This document shows, in pieces, positions 62,702 to 64,000 of a stretch of DNA of 64,000 nt. The stretch is taken from positions 24,722 through 88,721 of the forward strand of contig JAGOUX010000002.1 in assembly GCA_018061035.1 (NCBI GenBank), written 5' to 3'. The translations under genes and the position numbers were made by a program. The stretch is from Minisyncoccota bacterium (GTDB lineage Bacteria > Patescibacteriota > Minisyncoccia > Phycocordibacterales > UBA9973). Each line of letters starts with the position of its first letter. Position 1 is the first letter of the stretch. Under the pieces are notes generated by a model. The model was not told where the DNA came from. It saw only the letters and a program-made list of their open reading frames with translations, and searched no databases.

Positions 62702-63268
62702 ATGCAGAATATTTATCAAGAAAAAATAGAATCATTCTACAAGGGGAATAAGCGCATGCCGACATATACCGAGATGATGCAAATGTTCGGTTTTAAGTCT
62801 AAGAATGCGATTGCCCGAATAGTAGCCAAGCTCATCGAAGGTGGAATCGTTGCGAAGGATCATCTCGGTAGATTGATACCAACCGAATCATTCAACGAAG
62901 TGCCAATGCTCGGATTTGTAACTGCGGGCCTGCCTGCTGCTGTGGAGGAAGAAATGACCGATCGGATAAACTTAGAAGATTTTTTAATACAAAAGAAAGC
63001 TTTTACATACATGCTGGAAGTTGATGGCGATTCTATGATCGACGCTCACATTGAGAAAGGGGACATGGTCCTCGTAGAGCGGGCAAATCAGGCAAAAGAC
63101 ATGCAGATAGTTATTGCAGAAGTCGATGGAGAATTCACAATGAAATATTTTAGAAAAAAAGGAGAGAAAGTATGGCTTGAGCCCGCGAATAAGAATTATA
63201 AGCCCATCTATCCAGAGCATTCGCTGAACATAACTGCAGTAGTCAAGGCGGTTATTAGAAAGTATTAA
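62702..63268 (+). CDS. lexA: LexA repressor (S24 peptidase)
   Basis: N-terminal wHTH; cleavage-site region VTAGLPAA; catalytic Ser in DGDSMID and Lys in VLVERANQAKD-type segment. Confidence 0.8.
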   Translation: MQNIYQEKIESFYKGNKRMPTYTEMMQMFGFKSKNAIARIVAKLIEGGIVAKDHLGRLIPTESFNEVPMLGFVTAGLPAAVEEEMTDRINLEDFLIQKKAFTYMLEVDGDSMIDAHIEKGDMVLVERANQAKDMQIVIAEVDGEFTMKYFRKKGEKVWLEPANKNYKPIYPEHSLNITAVVKAVIRKY

Positions 63269-63657
63269 TTCTTTCCTTCTATCTCCTCATCCATGTGTTC
63301 GAGTTTCTTCTCGAGTCTCTCCAGAGTATGCTGGAGATTTTTTAGTTGATTTTCTTCCGTCTCTATTTCTTCTTTTGCTTTTTCTGATATTTTCTTTTCG
63401 CCGATGAGTCCTGAGATGATGAGTCTATTTCCGATAAATTCGGCAACGAATACTCCAGTCATGAGAAGGATTACCGATCCTGCAACAAGCGATACAAAGC
63501 TACCCATTCCAAAATCGTCTGCTATGTGCCAAACTCCACGCCAAAATAGCACAAGTCCAAATCCGCCTATAAAAGCATATAAAATAGGATAATGGCTCAA
63601 TTTGCCACGAACTCGATCTTCTAATTTGTCGAAAAATCTGATTACATTCTTGATCAT
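63265..63657 (-). CDS. hypothetical membrane protein with C-terminal coiled coil
   Basis: 130 aa with two TM helices followed by EEIETEENQLKNLQHTLERLEKKLEHMDEE. Confidence 0.35.
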   Translation of the reverse strand: MIKNVIRFFDKLEDRVRGKLSHYPILYAFIGGFGLVLFWRGVWHIADDFGMGSFVSLVAGSVILLMTGVFVAEFIGNRLIISGLIGEKKISEKAKEEIETEENQLKNLQHTLERLEKKLEHMDEEIEGKN

Positions 63658-63720
63658 AATGATTTAATCATACACTAAGTATTTGATTTACAAAAGTTAC
63701 CAATCTGATATAAATACTCT

Positions 63721-64000
63721 ATGAACGAAGCGATATGGACAGATGCACACCTAATTAAAACTCTCCAGGGGGGAGGAGTAGCAGTTATGCCTACAGATAC
63801 CTTGTATGGAATAGTTGGGCAGGCACTAAATAAAGAAACATTCGAGAGATTGTATGCCGTCCGTAAACGCCCTCCACAGAAACCCTCAATAGTGCTCATT
63901 GGCGACATGTCTGAACTCGAAAAATTTGGAGTCGAGTTGAGTCTGGCGCAAAAGGAAAAGCTTGCAGAATACTGGCCTGGCCCGGTAAGTGTTGTGCTTG
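63721..64000 (+). CDS. tsaC: L-threonylcarbamoyladenylate synthase TsaC/YrdC/Sua5 (3'-truncated by the window end)
   Basis: VAVMPTDTLYGIVGQALNKETFERLYAVRKRPPQKP is the YrdC-domain signature. Confidence 0.7.
   Translation, partial: MNEAIWTDAHLIKTLQGGGVAVMPTDTLYGIVGQALNKETFERLYAVRKRPPQKPSIVLIGDMSELEKFGVELSLAQKEKLAEYWPGPVSVVL

Noticed and set aside
1-64000. Alternative genetic code (for example UGA recoding, as in some CPR lineages)
   Set aside because: Long conserved genes (polA, uvrA, uvrB, PBP, dnaA) are uninterrupted under the standard code and terminate at ordinary TAA/TAG stops where checked. I saw no evidence for recoding.

Overview
Low-GC (roughly mid-30s % by eye) bacterial chromosome segment that spans the replication origin, with rpmH-rnpA-yidD-yidC-jag on the minus strand facing dnaA-dnaN on the plus strand. 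Gene content is streamlined housekeeping typical of a Candidate Phyla Radiation / Patescibacteria-like genome (this lineage call is inference): replication and repair genes (dnaA, dnaN, polA, holA-like, uvrA, uvrB, a short UvrC, ruvA, ruvB, ruvC, ruvX, mutM, lexA with a Gram-positive-type SOS box), a class A PBP, a cell-wall amidase, the type IV pilus genes pilB and pilMNO, two heterodimer-type ABC exporters, an ABC-F ATPase, tyrS, tsaE, tsaC, rRNA/tRNA modification enzymes, ribosomal proteins L34, S20 and L19, and nine tRNA genes. The genes are uninterrupted under standard bacterial code 11, with many TTG/GTG starts. Several things stand out beyond ordinary housekeeping. At least eight discrete, conspicuously G+C-rich insertions carry small, secreted or unknown proteins; the largest (about 32.7-35.1 kb) encodes a Csx3/Crn3-like small protein, a 498-aa coiled-coil protein and a tiny membrane protein between long hairpins. 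A two-gene module (29.6-31.8 kb) encodes a DHH-like protein plus a P-loop kinase-like / nucleotidyltransferase fusion next to a TrmB-type regulator. A solo cas2-like gene sits between two 26-28 bp direct-repeat operator-like sites, with no CRISPR array or cas1 in the window. A conserved element of about 72 nt containing a leaderless 17-19 codon uORF, plus a hairpin that sequesters the downstream start codon, lies immediately upstream of both dnaA and msrB, with a partial copy at the amidase gene. Tandem degenerate 5' tRNA-half repeats lie upstream of tRNA-Lys, and an 18-bp duplicate of the tRNA-Arg 3' end lies next to secreted-protein genes. One tRNA has a Trp-type anticodon loop (CCA) but a long class-II variable arm.
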